A DNA stretch of 64,000 nt from assembly GCF_988243305.1 (NCBI RefSeq), contig NZ_OZ547136.1; one strand, written 5' to 3'. Position numbers and translations under genes: made by a program. Below the pieces are notes generated by a model. It ran no database searches. It was given only the letters and a program-made list of their open reading frames with translations, and was not told where the DNA came from. Below, piece after piece: positions 21,071-31,661 of this stretch; the first letter of the stretch is position 1, and the number at the start of each line of letters is the position of its first letter.

Positions 21071-22199
21071 ACTGAACGATCTTCTGACCACCCGTGAGCT
21101 ACAACGCTGGCGATTAATTCTTGGCGAAGCGGCAGAAACGACCCTTTGTGGGCTGGATGACAACGCCCGGCAGATAGACCACGCGCTGGAGTGGCTGTAT
21201 GGGCGCGATCCTGAACGGCTCCAGCGTGGTGAACGCTCTGGTGGATTAGGTGGCTCAAATCTCACCACTCCTGAGTGGATCAACAGTATTCACACGCTGT
21301 TTCCGCAACAGGTGATTGAGCGGCTGGAAAGCGATGCCGTACTGCGCTACGGCATTGAAGATGTGGTGACGAATCTCGACGTGCTGGAACGTATGCAGCC
21401 TTCTGAAAGCCTGCTACGCGCCGTTTTGCACACCAAACATCTGATGAATCCCGAAGTACTGGCTGCCGCCCGCCGGATAGTGCGCCAGGTTGTGGAAGAA
21501 ATTATGGCACAACTGGCAAAGGAGGTTCGTCAGGCTTTTTCTGGTGTCCGCGATCGCCGCCGTCGCTCATTTATTCCACTGGCGCGTAATTTCGATTTCA
21601 AAAATACGCTGCGCGCCAACCTGCAACACTGGCACCCGCAACACGGCAAGTTGTATATCGAATCCCCCCGCTTTAACAGCCGTATTAAGCGCCACAGTGA
21701 ACAATGGCAACTGGTCTTACTGGTTGATCAAAGCGGATCGATGGTTGACTCGGTGATCCACTCAGCGGTGATGGCGGCCTGTTTATGGCAGTTACCCGGT
21801 ATTCGTACCCATCTGGTGGCGTTTGACACCAGCGTGGTTGATCTCACGGCAGACGTTGCCGATCCGGTAGAGTTATTAATGAAAGTGCAATTAGGCGGCG
21901 GAACCAATATCGCCAGTGCCATGGAATATGGTCGGCAACTTATTGAACAACCAGCGAAAAGCGTCATTATCCTCGTGAGCGATTTTTACGAAGGGGGTTC
22001 ATCATCATTACTGACGCATCAGGTGAAAAAGTGTGTCCAGAGCGGCATCAAAGTACTGGGACTGGCGGCGCTCGATAGCACCGCAACACCTTGCTATGAC
22101 CACGATACGGCCCAGGCGCTGGTTAATGTCGGCGCACAAATAGCCGCCATGACACCGGGCGAGCTGGCATCATGGCTTGCGGAGAATCTTCAGTCATGA
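21063..22199 (+). CDS. yehP: von Willebrand factor A (vWA) domain protein with MIDAS motif (378 aa)
   Basis: MIDAS DxSxS in LLVDQSGSMVDS plus downstream GGGTNIASAM and VSDFYEGG; GGGGAG RBS; start overlaps the yehM stop. Confidence 0.85.
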   Translation: MSELNDLLTTRELQRWRLILGEAAETTLCGLDDNARQIDHALEWLYGRDPERLQRGERSGGLGGSNLTTPEWINSIHTLFPQQVIERLESDAVLRYGIEDVVTNLDVLERMQPSESLLRAVLHTKHLMNPEVLAAARRIVRQVVEEIMAQLAKEVRQAFSGVRDRRRRSFIPLARNFDFKNTLRANLQHWHPQHGKLYIESPRFNSRIKRHSEQWQLVLLVDQSGSMVDSVIHSAVMAACLWQLPGIRTHLVAFDTSVVDLTADVADPVELLMKVQLGGGTNIASAMEYGRQLIEQPAKSVIILVSDFYEGGSSSLLTHQVKKCVQSGIKVLGLAALDSTATPCYDHDTAQALVNVGAQIAAMTPGELASWLAENLQS

Positions 22200-24196
22200 A
22201 TTCACTACGTCCGGAATTATTAGAACTGACACCGCAGGCCCTGACGGCGTTAAGCAATGCCGGTTTTGTTAAGCGCAGTCTTAAGGAACTGGAAAATGGC
22301 AACGTCCCGGAGATCAGCCATGAGAACGGCGCTTTAATCGCCACCTTCAGTGACGGTGTCCGTACCCAGCTGGCGAACGGTCAGGCATTGAAAGAGGCTC
22401 AATGCAGCTGCGGGGCCAGCGGCATGTGCCGTCATCGCGTGATGCTGGTGTTAAGTTATCAACGACTTTGCGCCACCACCCAGCCTACGGAAAAAGAAGA
22501 AGAGTGGGATCCGGCAATCTGGCTGGAAGAACTGGCTACCCTGCCCGATACCACCCGCAAACGCGCACAGGCGCTGGTCGCTAAAGGCATCACCATTGAG
22601 TTGTTCTGTACGCCGGGCGAAATTCCCTCTGCCCGCTTACCGATGAGCGATGTGCGTTTTTATTCCCGTAGCAGCATTCGTTTCGCCCGTTGTGATTGTA
22701 TTGAAGGCACACTTTGCGAACATGTCGTACTGGCAGTACAGGCCTTTGTCCAGGCAAAAGCGCAGCAAGCGGAATTGACTCATTTAATCTGGCAGATGCG
22801 CAGCGAACACGTCACATCATCTGACGATCCGTTTGCCAGCGAAGAAGGCCAAACGTGTCGTCAATATATTCAACAATTAAGTCAGGCATTATGGCTGGGC
22901 GGCATCAGCCAGCCGCTTATTCATTACGAGGCTGCTTTCAGCCGCGCGCAGCAAGCGGCGGAACGCTGCAACTGGCGCTGGGTGAGTGAATCGCTACGGC
23001 AACTGCGCGCCAGCGTTGATGCCTTCCACGCCCGCGCCAGCCACTATCATGCCGGAGAATGCTTACGTCAGCTTGCGGCATTAAACAATCGATTAAATTG
23101 TGCACAAGAGATGGCCCGGCGCGACAGTGTTGGTGAAGTTCCTCCCATGCCGTGGCGCACGGTCGTTGGCGCTGGCATTGCCGGAGAAGCAAAGCTTGAT
23201 CATCTGCGGCTGGTGTCTTTAGGTATGCGTTGCTGGCAGGATATTGAGCAGTATGGTTTACGCATCTGGTTTACCGATCCCGACACCGGCAGTATTTTGC
23301 ATCTTTCACGTAGTTGGCCGAAAAGCGAACAGGAAAACTCACCGGCAGCGACGCGTCGGCTGTTTAGTTTTCAGGCTGGCGCACTGGCTGGTGGGCAAAT
23401 TGTTTCACAAGCAGCAAAACGCAGTGCCGATGGCGAGCTGCTGTTAGCTACCCGCAACCACTTGAGTAGTGTTGTTCCACTGTCGCCAGACGCCTGGCAA
23501 ATGTTGAGTGCGCCGTTGCGCCAGCCGGGCATTGTGGCTTTGCGTGAATATTTACGCCAGCATCCCCCCGCCTGCATACGACCACTCAACCAGGTCGATA
23601 ACTTATTTATTCTGCCGGTAGCGGAGTGTATTTCGCTCGGTTGGGATAGCAGCCGCCAGACACTGGATGCGCAGGTCATTAGCGGCGAAGGGGAAGATAA
23701 TGTGCTGACGTTATCCCTTCCGGCATCTGCCTGTTCTCCTTTTGCCGTTGAACGCATGGCGGCGCTTTTGCAACAAACAGACGACCCCGTGAGTCTGGTT
23801 TCTGGCTTTGTCAGCTTTGTAGAGGGGCAATTGACACTGGAACCACGGGTGATGATGACAAAAACTCGCGCCTGGGCGCTGGACGCAGAAACTGCGCCTG
23901 TGGCACCGCTACCTTCTGCCAGCGTTTTGCCTGTGCCGTCTACCGCTCATCAGTTGCTGATGCGCTGCCAGGCGTTACTTATTCAACTGCTCCATAACGG
24001 CTGGCGCTATCAGGAACAGAGTGCTATTGGTCAGGCAGAGTTGCTGGCGAATGACCTCACCGCGGTCGGTTTTTATCGGCTGGCACATGTGTTGGCACAA
24101 TTTCGTAATACAGAAAGCGAGGCACGGGTAGAAGCAATGAATAACGGTGTTTTGCTTTGCGAACAATTATTCCCCATGCTTCAGCAACAAGGATGA
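22196..24196 (+). CDS. yehQ: Protein with two SWIM-type zinc-finger motifs (about 666 aa from this start)
   Basis: CxC...CxH motifs CSCGASGMCRHRV and CDCIEGTLCEHVV; ATG 22196 overlaps the yehP TGA (ATGA); GGAGAA RBS. Confidence 0.8.
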   Translation: MNSLRPELLELTPQALTALSNAGFVKRSLKELENGNVPEISHENGALIATFSDGVRTQLANGQALKEAQCSCGASGMCRHRVMLVLSYQRLCATTQPTEKEEEWDPAIWLEELATLPDTTRKRAQALVAKGITIELFCTPGEIPSARLPMSDVRFYSRSSIRFARCDCIEGTLCEHVVLAVQAFVQAKAQQAELTHLIWQMRSEHVTSSDDPFASEEGQTCRQYIQQLSQALWLGGISQPLIHYEAAFSRAQQAAERCNWRWVSESLRQLRASVDAFHARASHYHAGECLRQLAALNNRLNCAQEMARRDSVGEVPPMPWRTVVGAGIAGEAKLDHLRLVSLGMRCWQDIEQYGLRIWFTDPDTGSILHLSRSWPKSEQENSPAATRRLFSFQAGALAGGQIVSQAAKRSADGELLLATRNHLSSVVPLSPDAWQMLSAPLRQPGIVALREYLRQHPPACIRPLNQVDNLFILPVAECISLGWDSSRQTLDAQVISGEGEDNVLTLSLPASACSPFAVERMAALLQQTDDPVSLVSGFVSFVEGQLTLEPRVMMTKTRAWALDAETAPVAPLPSASVLPVPSTAHQLLMRCQALLIQLLHNGWRYQEQSAIGQAELLANDLTAVGFYRLAHVLAQFRNTESEARVEAMNNGVLLCEQLFPMLQQQG

Positions 24197-24320
24197 AATA
24201 GTGCTTTTTACTAAGAGTTCTACTCCAGTTCCGGACTGCTCACGCCACGGTATTAGGCATATCCTATATAGCCCCTGGTGAGAGTCACCAGTTTCTTGAT
24301 TAAATAAAATGGAGTTTTAC

Positions 24321-24782
24321 ATGAAGGCTTTCAATAAGCTGTTTTCCCTCGTTGTTGCATCTGTTCTGGTTTTCTCTCTTGCTGGCTGCGGTGACAAAGA
24401 AGAATCGAAAAAATTCAGCGCCAATCTGAACGGTACTGAAATTGCCATTACCTATGTCTACAAAGGTGACAAGGTGCTTAAGCAATCTTCTGAAACCAAA
24501 ATTCAATTTGCCTCCATTGGTGCAACCACCAAAGAAGACGCTGCCAAGACACTTGAGCCGTTAAGCGCCAAATACAAAAACATCGCGGGTGTTGAAGAAA
24601 AATTAACCTATACCGATACTTACGCGCAGGAAAACGTGACTATCGATATGGAAAAAGTGGATTTTAAAGCCCTGCAGGGTATTTCAGGAATCAACGTTTC
24701 TGCTGAAGATGCCAAAAAAGGTATCACTATGGCGCAAATGGAACTGGTGATGAAAGCCGCTGGTTTTAAAGAAGTGAAATAA
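24321..24782 (+). CDS. yehR: Lipoprotein YehR (153 aa)
   Basis: Signal peptide with lipobox LAGC (MKAFNKLFSLVVASVLVFSLAGCGD). Confidence 0.8.
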   Translation: MKAFNKLFSLVVASVLVFSLAGCGDKEESKKFSANLNGTEIAITYVYKGDKVLKQSSETKIQFASIGATTKEDAAKTLEPLSAKYKNIAGVEEKLTYTDTYAQENVTIDMEKVDFKALQGISGINVSAEDAKKGITMAQMELVMKAAGFKEVK

Positions 24783-24788
24783 TCTGTC

Positions 24789-24814
24789 GGCGGCCATGTT
24801 TTTGCATGGCCGCC
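24789..24814. terminator. Hairpin between convergent yehR and yehS
   Basis: 10-bp inverted repeat GGCGGCCATG / CATGGCCGCC with TTTTTG loop; flanking U-tracts poor. Confidence 0.4.
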
Positions 24815-24823
24815 ATACCCGTC

Positions 24824-25294
24824 TTAGCTTTTCTTCACATGCTGGCGCGCTGCCAGTCCACGCAGAAAATAACGTAAAAATTGATCGCCGCATTCGCGGA
24901 AGTTTTTATGATCCGGTGCACGCATCATCGCCGTAATTTCCGGCATCGAAACGCGGAACTGCTGTTCGGTGAGGATCGCCAGAATATCATCGGTTTTCAG
25001 CGAAAACGCGATGCGTAATTTTTTCAGCACGATGTTGTTATTAATGCGACGTTCCGGCTCCAGTGCCGGAGCAGACTCATCCTTGCCGCGTTTTTCATAA
25101 ATCAGGCCATTGAGGAATGACGACAAAACAATGTCCGGACAACGCTGAAAACCCTCTTCGTCTTCTTTACGTAGCCAGACGGCGATCTGTTCCGCGGTGG
25201 CTTCGACATTACCCAGCGCCAGAATACGCACCAGGTCATTATTATTGGCTTTCAAAATGTAGCGCACGCTGCGCAGAATATCGTTACTTAGCAT
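24824..25294 (-). CDS. yehS: Conserved protein YehS (156 aa)
   Basis: ORF with internal ATG start MLSNDILRSV...; conserved position downstream of btsR. Confidence 0.75.
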   Translation of the reverse strand: MLSNDILRSVRYILKANNNDLVRILALGNVEATAEQIAVWLRKEDEEGFQRCPDIVLSSFLNGLIYEKRGKDESAPALEPERRINNNIVLKKLRIAFSLKTDDILAILTEQQFRVSMPEITAMMRAPDHKNFRECGDQFLRYFLRGLAARQHVKKS

Positions 25295-25340
25295 GAGGCC
25301 TTCAGGTGTTGATGAGGCAAAAAGCCATTTTAGCAGCCTT

Positions 25341-26060
25341 TTACAGGCCAATCGCCTCTTTTAAGCTTTTCAGATAACGGCGGCTGACCGGCACGGTTAA
25401 GCCATTACGCAAAATCAACTCGGCCTGGCCGTTATCTTCCAGACGAATCTCCTGTAAATGCGCGAGGTTAACCAGATACTGACGATGGCAGCGCAGTAGT
25501 GGTGTACGACTTTCCAGGGTACGTAATGTCAATTCGGTAAAGCCCTCTTTCCCTTCGTGACTCGTAACGTAGACACCGCTCATCCGACTGCTGACAAATG
25601 CCACATCTTTCATTTGCAGCAAATAGATCCGACTATGCCCCGTACAAGGGATAAATTTCAGCGCCTGTTGATTTTCCGGTAACAGCGAAACATCCTGCTT
25701 ACTGCGTTCCTGACGCAAACGCGCCAGCGTTTTCTCCAGTCGCGCTTCATCAATTGGCTTCAGCAGATAGTCAAAGGCATGTTCTTCAAAGGCTTTAATA
25801 GCGTATTCGTCAAACGCGGTGAGAAAAACGATATACGGTCGATGTTCGGGGTCGAGCATCCCCACCATTTCCAGACCACTGATGCGCGGCATCTGGATAT
25901 CGAGAAACAGCACATCCGGGCGCAGTTTATGCACCGCGCCGATCCCTTCTACGGCGTTTGAACACTCTCCAACGATTTCAATATCGCTCTGCTCCTGCAA
26001 AAATACGCGCAGGTTCTCCCGTGCAAGCGGTTCATCATCGACAATTAAGACTTTAATCAT
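25341..26060 (-). CDS. btsR: LytTR-family two-component response regulator (239 aa)
   Basis: N-terminal receiver domain ([17 protein letters not shown]...D...) and C-terminal LytTR-type region; 4-bp overlap with upstream kinase gene. Confidence 0.9.
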
Positions 26061-27742
26061 GCCTCGTCCCTCCATGGTAGTCGTAACGTTATTCGGGTGT
26101 AACTATCAGGCTCACAGGCGACGCTTATCCCATAGTCATCGCCAAACCGTTCACGTAAACGCTTATCCACCAGATTCATCCCCAGCCCACTGGCATTGGT
26201 TACCGGTTGATACAAACCGGCATTGTCTTCGATCTCCAGCATCAAATGTTGCCCCTCACGTCGGGCGCTGATTGCCACTCGCCCTGTATCCAGCAGTTGT
26301 GATGTCCCATGTTTAATGGCGTTTTCCACTATCGGTTGCAGGGTAAACGCGGGCAATTGCTGCTGGGATAATTCTTGCGGAATAGCAATATTGACCTGCA
26401 ACCGCGACTGGAAGCGCGCCTTTTCAATTTGCAGATAAGCGTTCACATGTTCAATTTCGTCGGCGAGAGTAACAAACTCCGAAGGCCGCTTTAAGTTTTT
26501 GCGGAAAAAAGTGGAAAGATACTGCACCAGCTGGCTGGCCTGTTCGCTGTCGCGACGGATCACCGCTTTAATGGTGTTAAGCGCATTAAACAAAAAATGG
26601 GGGTTCACCTGAGCGTGAAGCAGTTTGATCTCTGACTGGGTGAGCATCGCTTTTTGCCGCTCATATTGCCCGGCAAGGATCTGCGCCGAAAGTAGTTGCG
26701 CAATCCCCTCACCCAGCGTGCGATTGATTGAACTGAATAAACGGTTTTTGGCTTCATACAATTTGATGGTGCCCATCACCCGCTGATTTTCGCCACGCAA
26801 CGGAATGACCAGCGTCGATCCCAGTTTGCATTGCGGATGCAAAGAGCAACGATAAGGTACTTCGTTGCCATCAGCGTAGACCACTTCACCGGTTTCAATC
26901 GCTTTTAAGGTATAAGTCGAAGAAATCGGTTTGCCGGGTAAATGGTGGTCGTCACCAATTCCGGTAAAGGCCAGCAATTTCTCTCGATCGGTAATCGCGA
27001 CTGCACCAATATCCAGCTCCTGATACAGCACCTGTGCCACTTTCATGCTGTTCACTTCGTTAAACCCCTGGCGCAAAATGCCTTCCGTCGAGGCAGCCAC
27101 TTTTAGCGCAGTGGCAGAAAAAGCCGAAGTGTATTTTTCAAACATCGCGCGTTTATCGAGCAATATACGCATAAACAGCGCCGCGCCGACGGTATTGGTG
27201 ACCATCATTGGCGCAGCAATATTACTCACCAGACGCACCGCATCTTCATAAGGTCGGGCGATCGCCAGGATGATCAGCATTTGCACCATTTCAGCGACGA
27301 ACGTGACGGCACCGGCGGTAATGGGGTTAAAGACTTTATCAGTGCGCCCGCGACGGATCAGGATGCTGTGTACCAGGCCGCCGAGCAATCCTTCAACGAT
27401 GGTCGAGATCATGCAACTTAGCGCGGTCATGCCCCCCATCGAATATCGATGTAACCCGCCGGTCAGACCAACCAGCCCACCGACGACCGGGCCGCCGAGT
27501 AAGCCGCCCATTACCGCGCCTATCGCACGGGTATTGGCAATAGAATCGTCAATATGCAGCCCAAACCAGGTGCCCATGATGCAGAAGATGGAAAAGACGA
27601 TGTAGCAGAGAAATTTATGCGGCAGACGAACCGTGACCTGCATTAACGGTATGAATAATGGTGTTTTACTCATTAACCACGCAATGACTAAAAAAACGCA
27701 CATCTGCTGAAGCAGCAGCAACACCAGATTAAAATCGTACAT
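26057..27742 (-). CDS. btsS: LytS-type sensor histidine kinase (561 aa)
   Basis: Multi-pass membrane N-terminus, GAF-like middle, H-box/ATPase C-terminus ([10 protein letters not shown]); overlaps btsR start. Confidence 0.9.
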
Positions 27743-27963
27743 ACCCGCAAACCACACTTCCCTTTAAAACGCGTAACATACATTGCCTGCGTTTAACTTT
27801 CTTTGAACTCTTGCAGAAAAATGAGAATTCGTGAGTACGATCACTCAAAATCGCCTGGCAAAAATAAAATCACCCTATAGATGTACAAAAAACGGGCAAA
27901 ACTACCTGGTTCGCAAAACTGCGTCTAAAGTTAAACCGGGACCTCGCGAGCAAGGGTGAGACG

Positions 27964-28695
27964 ATGGCGCTTTACACAATTGGTGAAGTGGCGTTGCTTT
28001 GTGATATTAACCCTGTCACGTTACGCGCGTGGCAGAGGCGTTACGGATTGCTGAAACCGCAACGGACAGACGGCGGTCATCGGCTGTTCAATGATGCCGA
28101 TATTGACCGGATCCGCGAGATCAAACGCTGGATCGACAACGGCGTGCAGGTCAGCAAAGTTAAAATGCTGCTCAGTAATGAAAATGTTGATGTGCAGAAC
28201 GGCTGGCGCGATCAGCAAGAAACATTACTGACTTACCTGCAAAGCGGCAATCTGCATAGCCTGCGAACGTGGATCAAAGAGCGCGGTCAGGATTACCCCG
28301 CCCAGACACTCACCACGCATCTGTTTATTCCTCTGCGCCGACGACTTCAGTGCCAACAACCGACCCTCCAGGCGCTGCTGGCGATCCTCGACGGCGTACT
28401 GATCAACTACATCGCCATTTGCCTGGCTTCGGCACGTAAAAAACAGGGTAAAGATGCGCTGGTGGTTGGCTGGAATATTCACGATACCACCCGTCTGTGG
28501 CTGGAGGGCTGGATTGCCAGTCAACAAGGATGGCGCATTGATGTCCTCGCCCACTCGCTCAATCAACTACGCCCTGAACTGTTCGAAGGCCGTACATTGC
28601 TGGTGTGGTGCGGTGAAAATCGAACCTCCGCCCAACAGCAGCAACTCACCAGTTGGCAGGAACAAGGCCATGATATTTTCCCACTCGGCATTTAA
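27964..28695 (+). CDS. mlrA: MerR-family transcriptional regulator (243 aa), regulator of curli/csgD
   Basis: N-terminal MerR HTH (YTIGEVALLCDINPVTLRAWQRRYGL); length matches MlrA. Confidence 0.9.
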   Translation: MALYTIGEVALLCDINPVTLRAWQRRYGLLKPQRTDGGHRLFNDADIDRIREIKRWIDNGVQVSKVKMLLSNENVDVQNGWRDQQETLLTYLQSGNLHSLRTWIKERGQDYPAQTLTTHLFIPLRRRLQCQQPTLQALLAILDGVLINYIAICLASARKKQGKDALVVGWNIHDTTRLWLEGWIASQQGWRIDVLAHSLNQLRPELFEGRTLLVWCGENRTSAQQQQLTSWQEQGHDIFPLGI

Positions 28696-28754
28696 TGATT
28701 CGTTAACAAATGCGCTTTACTGTACAATCCTTTCGTTAACATAAGGAGTGCATT

Positions 28755-28862
28755 ATGCGCATAGCTAAAATTGGGGTCATCGCCCTGTTCCTGTTTATGG
28801 CGTTAGGCGGAATTGGTGGCGTCATGCTCGCAGGTTATACCTTTATTTTGCGTGCTGGCTAA
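28755..28862 (+). CDS. yohO: Small membrane protein (35 aa): [35 protein letters not shown]
   Basis: 36-codon ORF, ATG 28755 with AAGGAG RBS; single transmembrane helix; not in the ORF track (under 60 aa). Its 3' end overlaps the 3' end of convergent yehW by 20 bp. Confidence 0.7.
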
Positions 28863-29574
28863 GCGCCTGCACCAGCCTTTCAAACAGGCGGTCTGCAATG
28901 ATCGCCGCCAGTGCCACCAGTAACGCCCCCTGGATCACATACGCGGTATTAAATCCGCTAAGCCCGATGATGATCGGCGTACCCAGCGTGCTGGCCCCTA
29001 CCGTTGAGGCGATCGTCGCCGTACCAATGTTGATAATCACCGAAGTTCGCACGCCCGCCAGAATCACCGGAGCCGCCAGCGGTAGCTCGACCTTACGCAG
29101 TCGCTGACCACGGCTCATTCCCATACCTTTCGCAACTTCTGTCACGCTGGCATCAATCGCTCCCAGCCCGGCAAGTGTCGCCTGCAGGACGGGCAGCACA
29201 CCATAAAGGATCAAGGCGATAATCGCGGGTTGCAGACCAAACCCAATCACCGGAACGGCAATCGCCAGCACCGCGACGGGCGGAAAAGTCTGTCCAACGG
29301 CGGCAATAGTTTCCACCAGTGGGCGAAATTCCGCGCCCCACGGGCGAGTAACAATAATTCCTGCACCAGTGCCAATGATCACCGCAAACAAACTCGAAAT
29401 TCCCACCAGCCAGAAATGAGCCAGTGCCAGAGCAGCAAAACTTTCTTGCTGATAAACGGGTCGTGGCAGTTGTGGGAACAAGGCAGCAAACAGCGGCTGG
29501 CTGTAAGGCAGCCAGAAAATCAGCGCCACAAACAGAGCAATGAGCCAGAACAGCGGATCGCGCAACATCTTCAT
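28843..29574 (-). CDS. yehW: ABC transporter permease (osmoprotectant uptake), 243 aa
   Basis: Polytopic membrane ORF; last gene of the osmF-yehYXW operon. Confidence 0.9.
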
Positions 29575-29578
29575 ACGT

Positions 29579-30505
29579 TTACGCCTCCACCAGCAGATCC
29601 TGAAAATGCAGCGTGCCGCAAGGCTCGCCCTGCGTGTTCACCACCGGCAGCACTTCACATCCCCGCGCGACAAACAGGGAGAGTGCATCGCGTAGCGTCA
29701 TCTCTTCTGCCAGCGCCTCACCTTCTGCCCGTTCTTCGCGACGCACGTAATCCGCCACGCTACGTAACGAAAGCAGGCGGACACCCAGTTCACTATGCCC
29801 AAAAAACTGGCGGACAAAATCATTCGCCGGACGAGTCAGCATCGTCAGCGGATTGCCCTGCTGCACCACTTCACCGTGATCCATCAACACCAGATGTTCT
29901 GCCAGCCGTAGCGCCTCATCAATATCATGAGTGACCAGCACAATAGTGCGCCCCAGCAAACGGTGAATGCGCGTCATCTCTTGTTGCAACGCGCCGCGCG
30001 TTACCGGGTCCAGCGCGCCAAAAGGTTCATCCATCAGTAAGACTTGCGGATCGGCAGCCAGTGCGCGCGCCACTCCCACACGTTGCTGCTGACCACCGGA
30101 AAGCTGATGCGGATAACGCTCACGCAAATTTGGCTCCAGCCCCAGTAGCGCCATTAATTCGTCGATACGATCGTCGATCCGCGCCCGTGACCATTTTTGT
30201 AATTGCGGCACGGTGGCAATATTTTGCGCCACGCTCCAGTGGGGAAACAGGCCAATAGATTGAATGGCATAGCCCATCCGGCGGCGCAACTCCAGCACTG
30301 GCAGCGAGCGAATTTCTTCTCCGGCAAAGCGGATCACGCCACTGTCATGCTCCACCAGGCGGTTAATCATTTTCAGAGTGGTGGATTTACCGGAGCCTGA
30401 TGTACCAATCAGCACCGAAAAACTCCCCTCCTGAAAATTGAGATTGAGATCGTTAACGGCTTTTTGTATGCCGAACAGTTTGCTGACATGGCTAAATTCA
30501 ATCAT
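29579..30505 (-). CDS. yehX: ABC transporter ATP-binding protein (308 aa)
   Basis: Walker [13 protein letters not shown] signature LSGGQQQR, Walker B LLMDEP. Confidence 0.9.
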   Translation of the reverse strand: MIEFSHVSKLFGIQKAVNDLNLNFQEGSFSVLIGTSGSGKSTTLKMINRLVEHDSGVIRFAGEEIRSLPVLELRRRMGYAIQSIGLFPHWSVAQNIATVPQLQKWSRARIDDRIDELMALLGLEPNLRERYPHQLSGGQQQRVGVARALAADPQVLLMDEPFGALDPVTRGALQQEMTRIHRLLGRTIVLVTHDIDEALRLAEHLVLMDHGEVVQQGNPLTMLTRPANDFVRQFFGHSELGVRLLSLRSVADYVRREERAEGEALAEEMTLRDALSLFVARGCEVLPVVNTQGEPCGTLHFQDLLVEA

Positions 30506-31655
30506 TACGTTTCACCTTCAGCAGTGCGATAAGCAAATCGAACAGCGCATCGATCAGCACCGCCAGAACAATTACCGGGATCACCCCTAGCAACACTAAA
30601 TCAATGGCACTGCTTAGCAGCCCCTGGAAAACCAGCGCACCAAAACCGCCTGCGCCGATTAACGCCGCAATCACCGCCATGCCGACGGTTTGCACCATCA
30701 CCACCCGCAGGCTACGCAGAAATACCGGTAACGCCAGTGGTAACTGAACATGCAGGAATCGCTGCGCCCCGCTCATGCCCATCGCTCTGGCGCTCTCCAG
30801 CACATCGCGCGGGATCTGGTTCAAGCCGACTACCACGCCGCGCACCAGCGGCAGCAAGGCATAGAGCACCAGCGCAATCAGTGCGGGTGTCATTCCGGTT
30901 CCTGCTATGCCGAGCTTACCCAGCCACGGAAAGGCCGTAACCAGTGCGGCAAGCGGCGCAATCAACAGGCCAAAGAGCGCCACCGAAGGCACGGTCTGAA
31001 TGACATTCAGCAGAGAAAAAATCGCCCCCTGCCGCGCAGTGGAAAAGTAGCACCAGACGCCCAGCGGCACACCAATCACTAACGCAGGCAGCACCGCACC
31101 AAACAGCAACGTCAGATGTTGCGCCAGCGCGTCATCAAACACATCCTGACGGTTGGCGTATTCTTTCATTAGCGAGAGATCGTTAAGCGCGCCGGAATAC
31201 AGCAACCACAGCGGAATGATGGCAATCTGCATATGCAACAACCAGCGCCACAGCGGATGCGTGGAGATTCGTCGGATGGCATCGCTACAGGCAAGCAATG
31301 CCAGCGCCGCAGCCAGCCAGAAACCACTGCCGAGGCTGGTACGCGCCAGCGCACTGCCATTTTGCGCCAGTTGTGTCGCCGCCTTTCCTGCTCCCCACAC
31401 CAGCAATACGAAGACGAATTGCGCCAGAATGAGTGCAAAAATGCTGCCTTTTTTAGCGGGAATAAAACAGGCTGTCATCCAGGCGCAACCAACGCCCACC
31501 AGCATCCAGATCGTTTGCGGCCACAGCTGCCAGAGATGACGCCCCTCACCCGAAACTAAACGATTAGGCGCGTAACTGATAAACGGCAGCGCCGCTGCGA
31601 TTGCCGTCAGCAACAGCAGCAGCGCCAGAACAGGATTAATACGGAAATAAGTCAC
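30498..31655 (-). CDS. yehY: ABC transporter permease (385 aa)
   Basis: Polytopic membrane ORF; 8-bp overlap with yehX. Confidence 0.9.
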   Translation of the reverse strand: MTYFRINPVLALLLLLTAIAAALPFISYAPNRLVSGEGRHLWQLWPQTIWMLVGVGCAWMTACFIPAKKGSIFALILAQFVFVLLVWGAGKAATQLAQNGSALARTSLGSGFWLAAALALLACSDAIRRISTHPLWRWLLHMQIAIIPLWLLYSGALNDLSLMKEYANRQDVFDDALAQHLTLLFGAVLPALVIGVPLGVWCYFSTARQGAIFSLLNVIQTVPSVALFGLLIAPLAALVTAFPWLGKLGIAGTGMTPALIALVLYALLPLVRGVVVGLNQIPRDVLESARAMGMSGAQRFLHVQLPLALPVFLRSLRVVMVQTVGMAVIAALIGAGGFGALVFQGLLSSAIDLVLLGVIPVIVLAVLIDALFDLLIALLKVKRND

Positions 31656-31661
31656 GGGAAA

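Noticed and set aside
18623-22199. Long N-terminal extensions in the ORF track for yehM (815 aa) and yehP (454 aa)
   Set aside because: Extensions overlap the preceding genes in another frame and start at non-ATG codons; internal ATGs with good RBSs at 18791 and 21063 are preferred.
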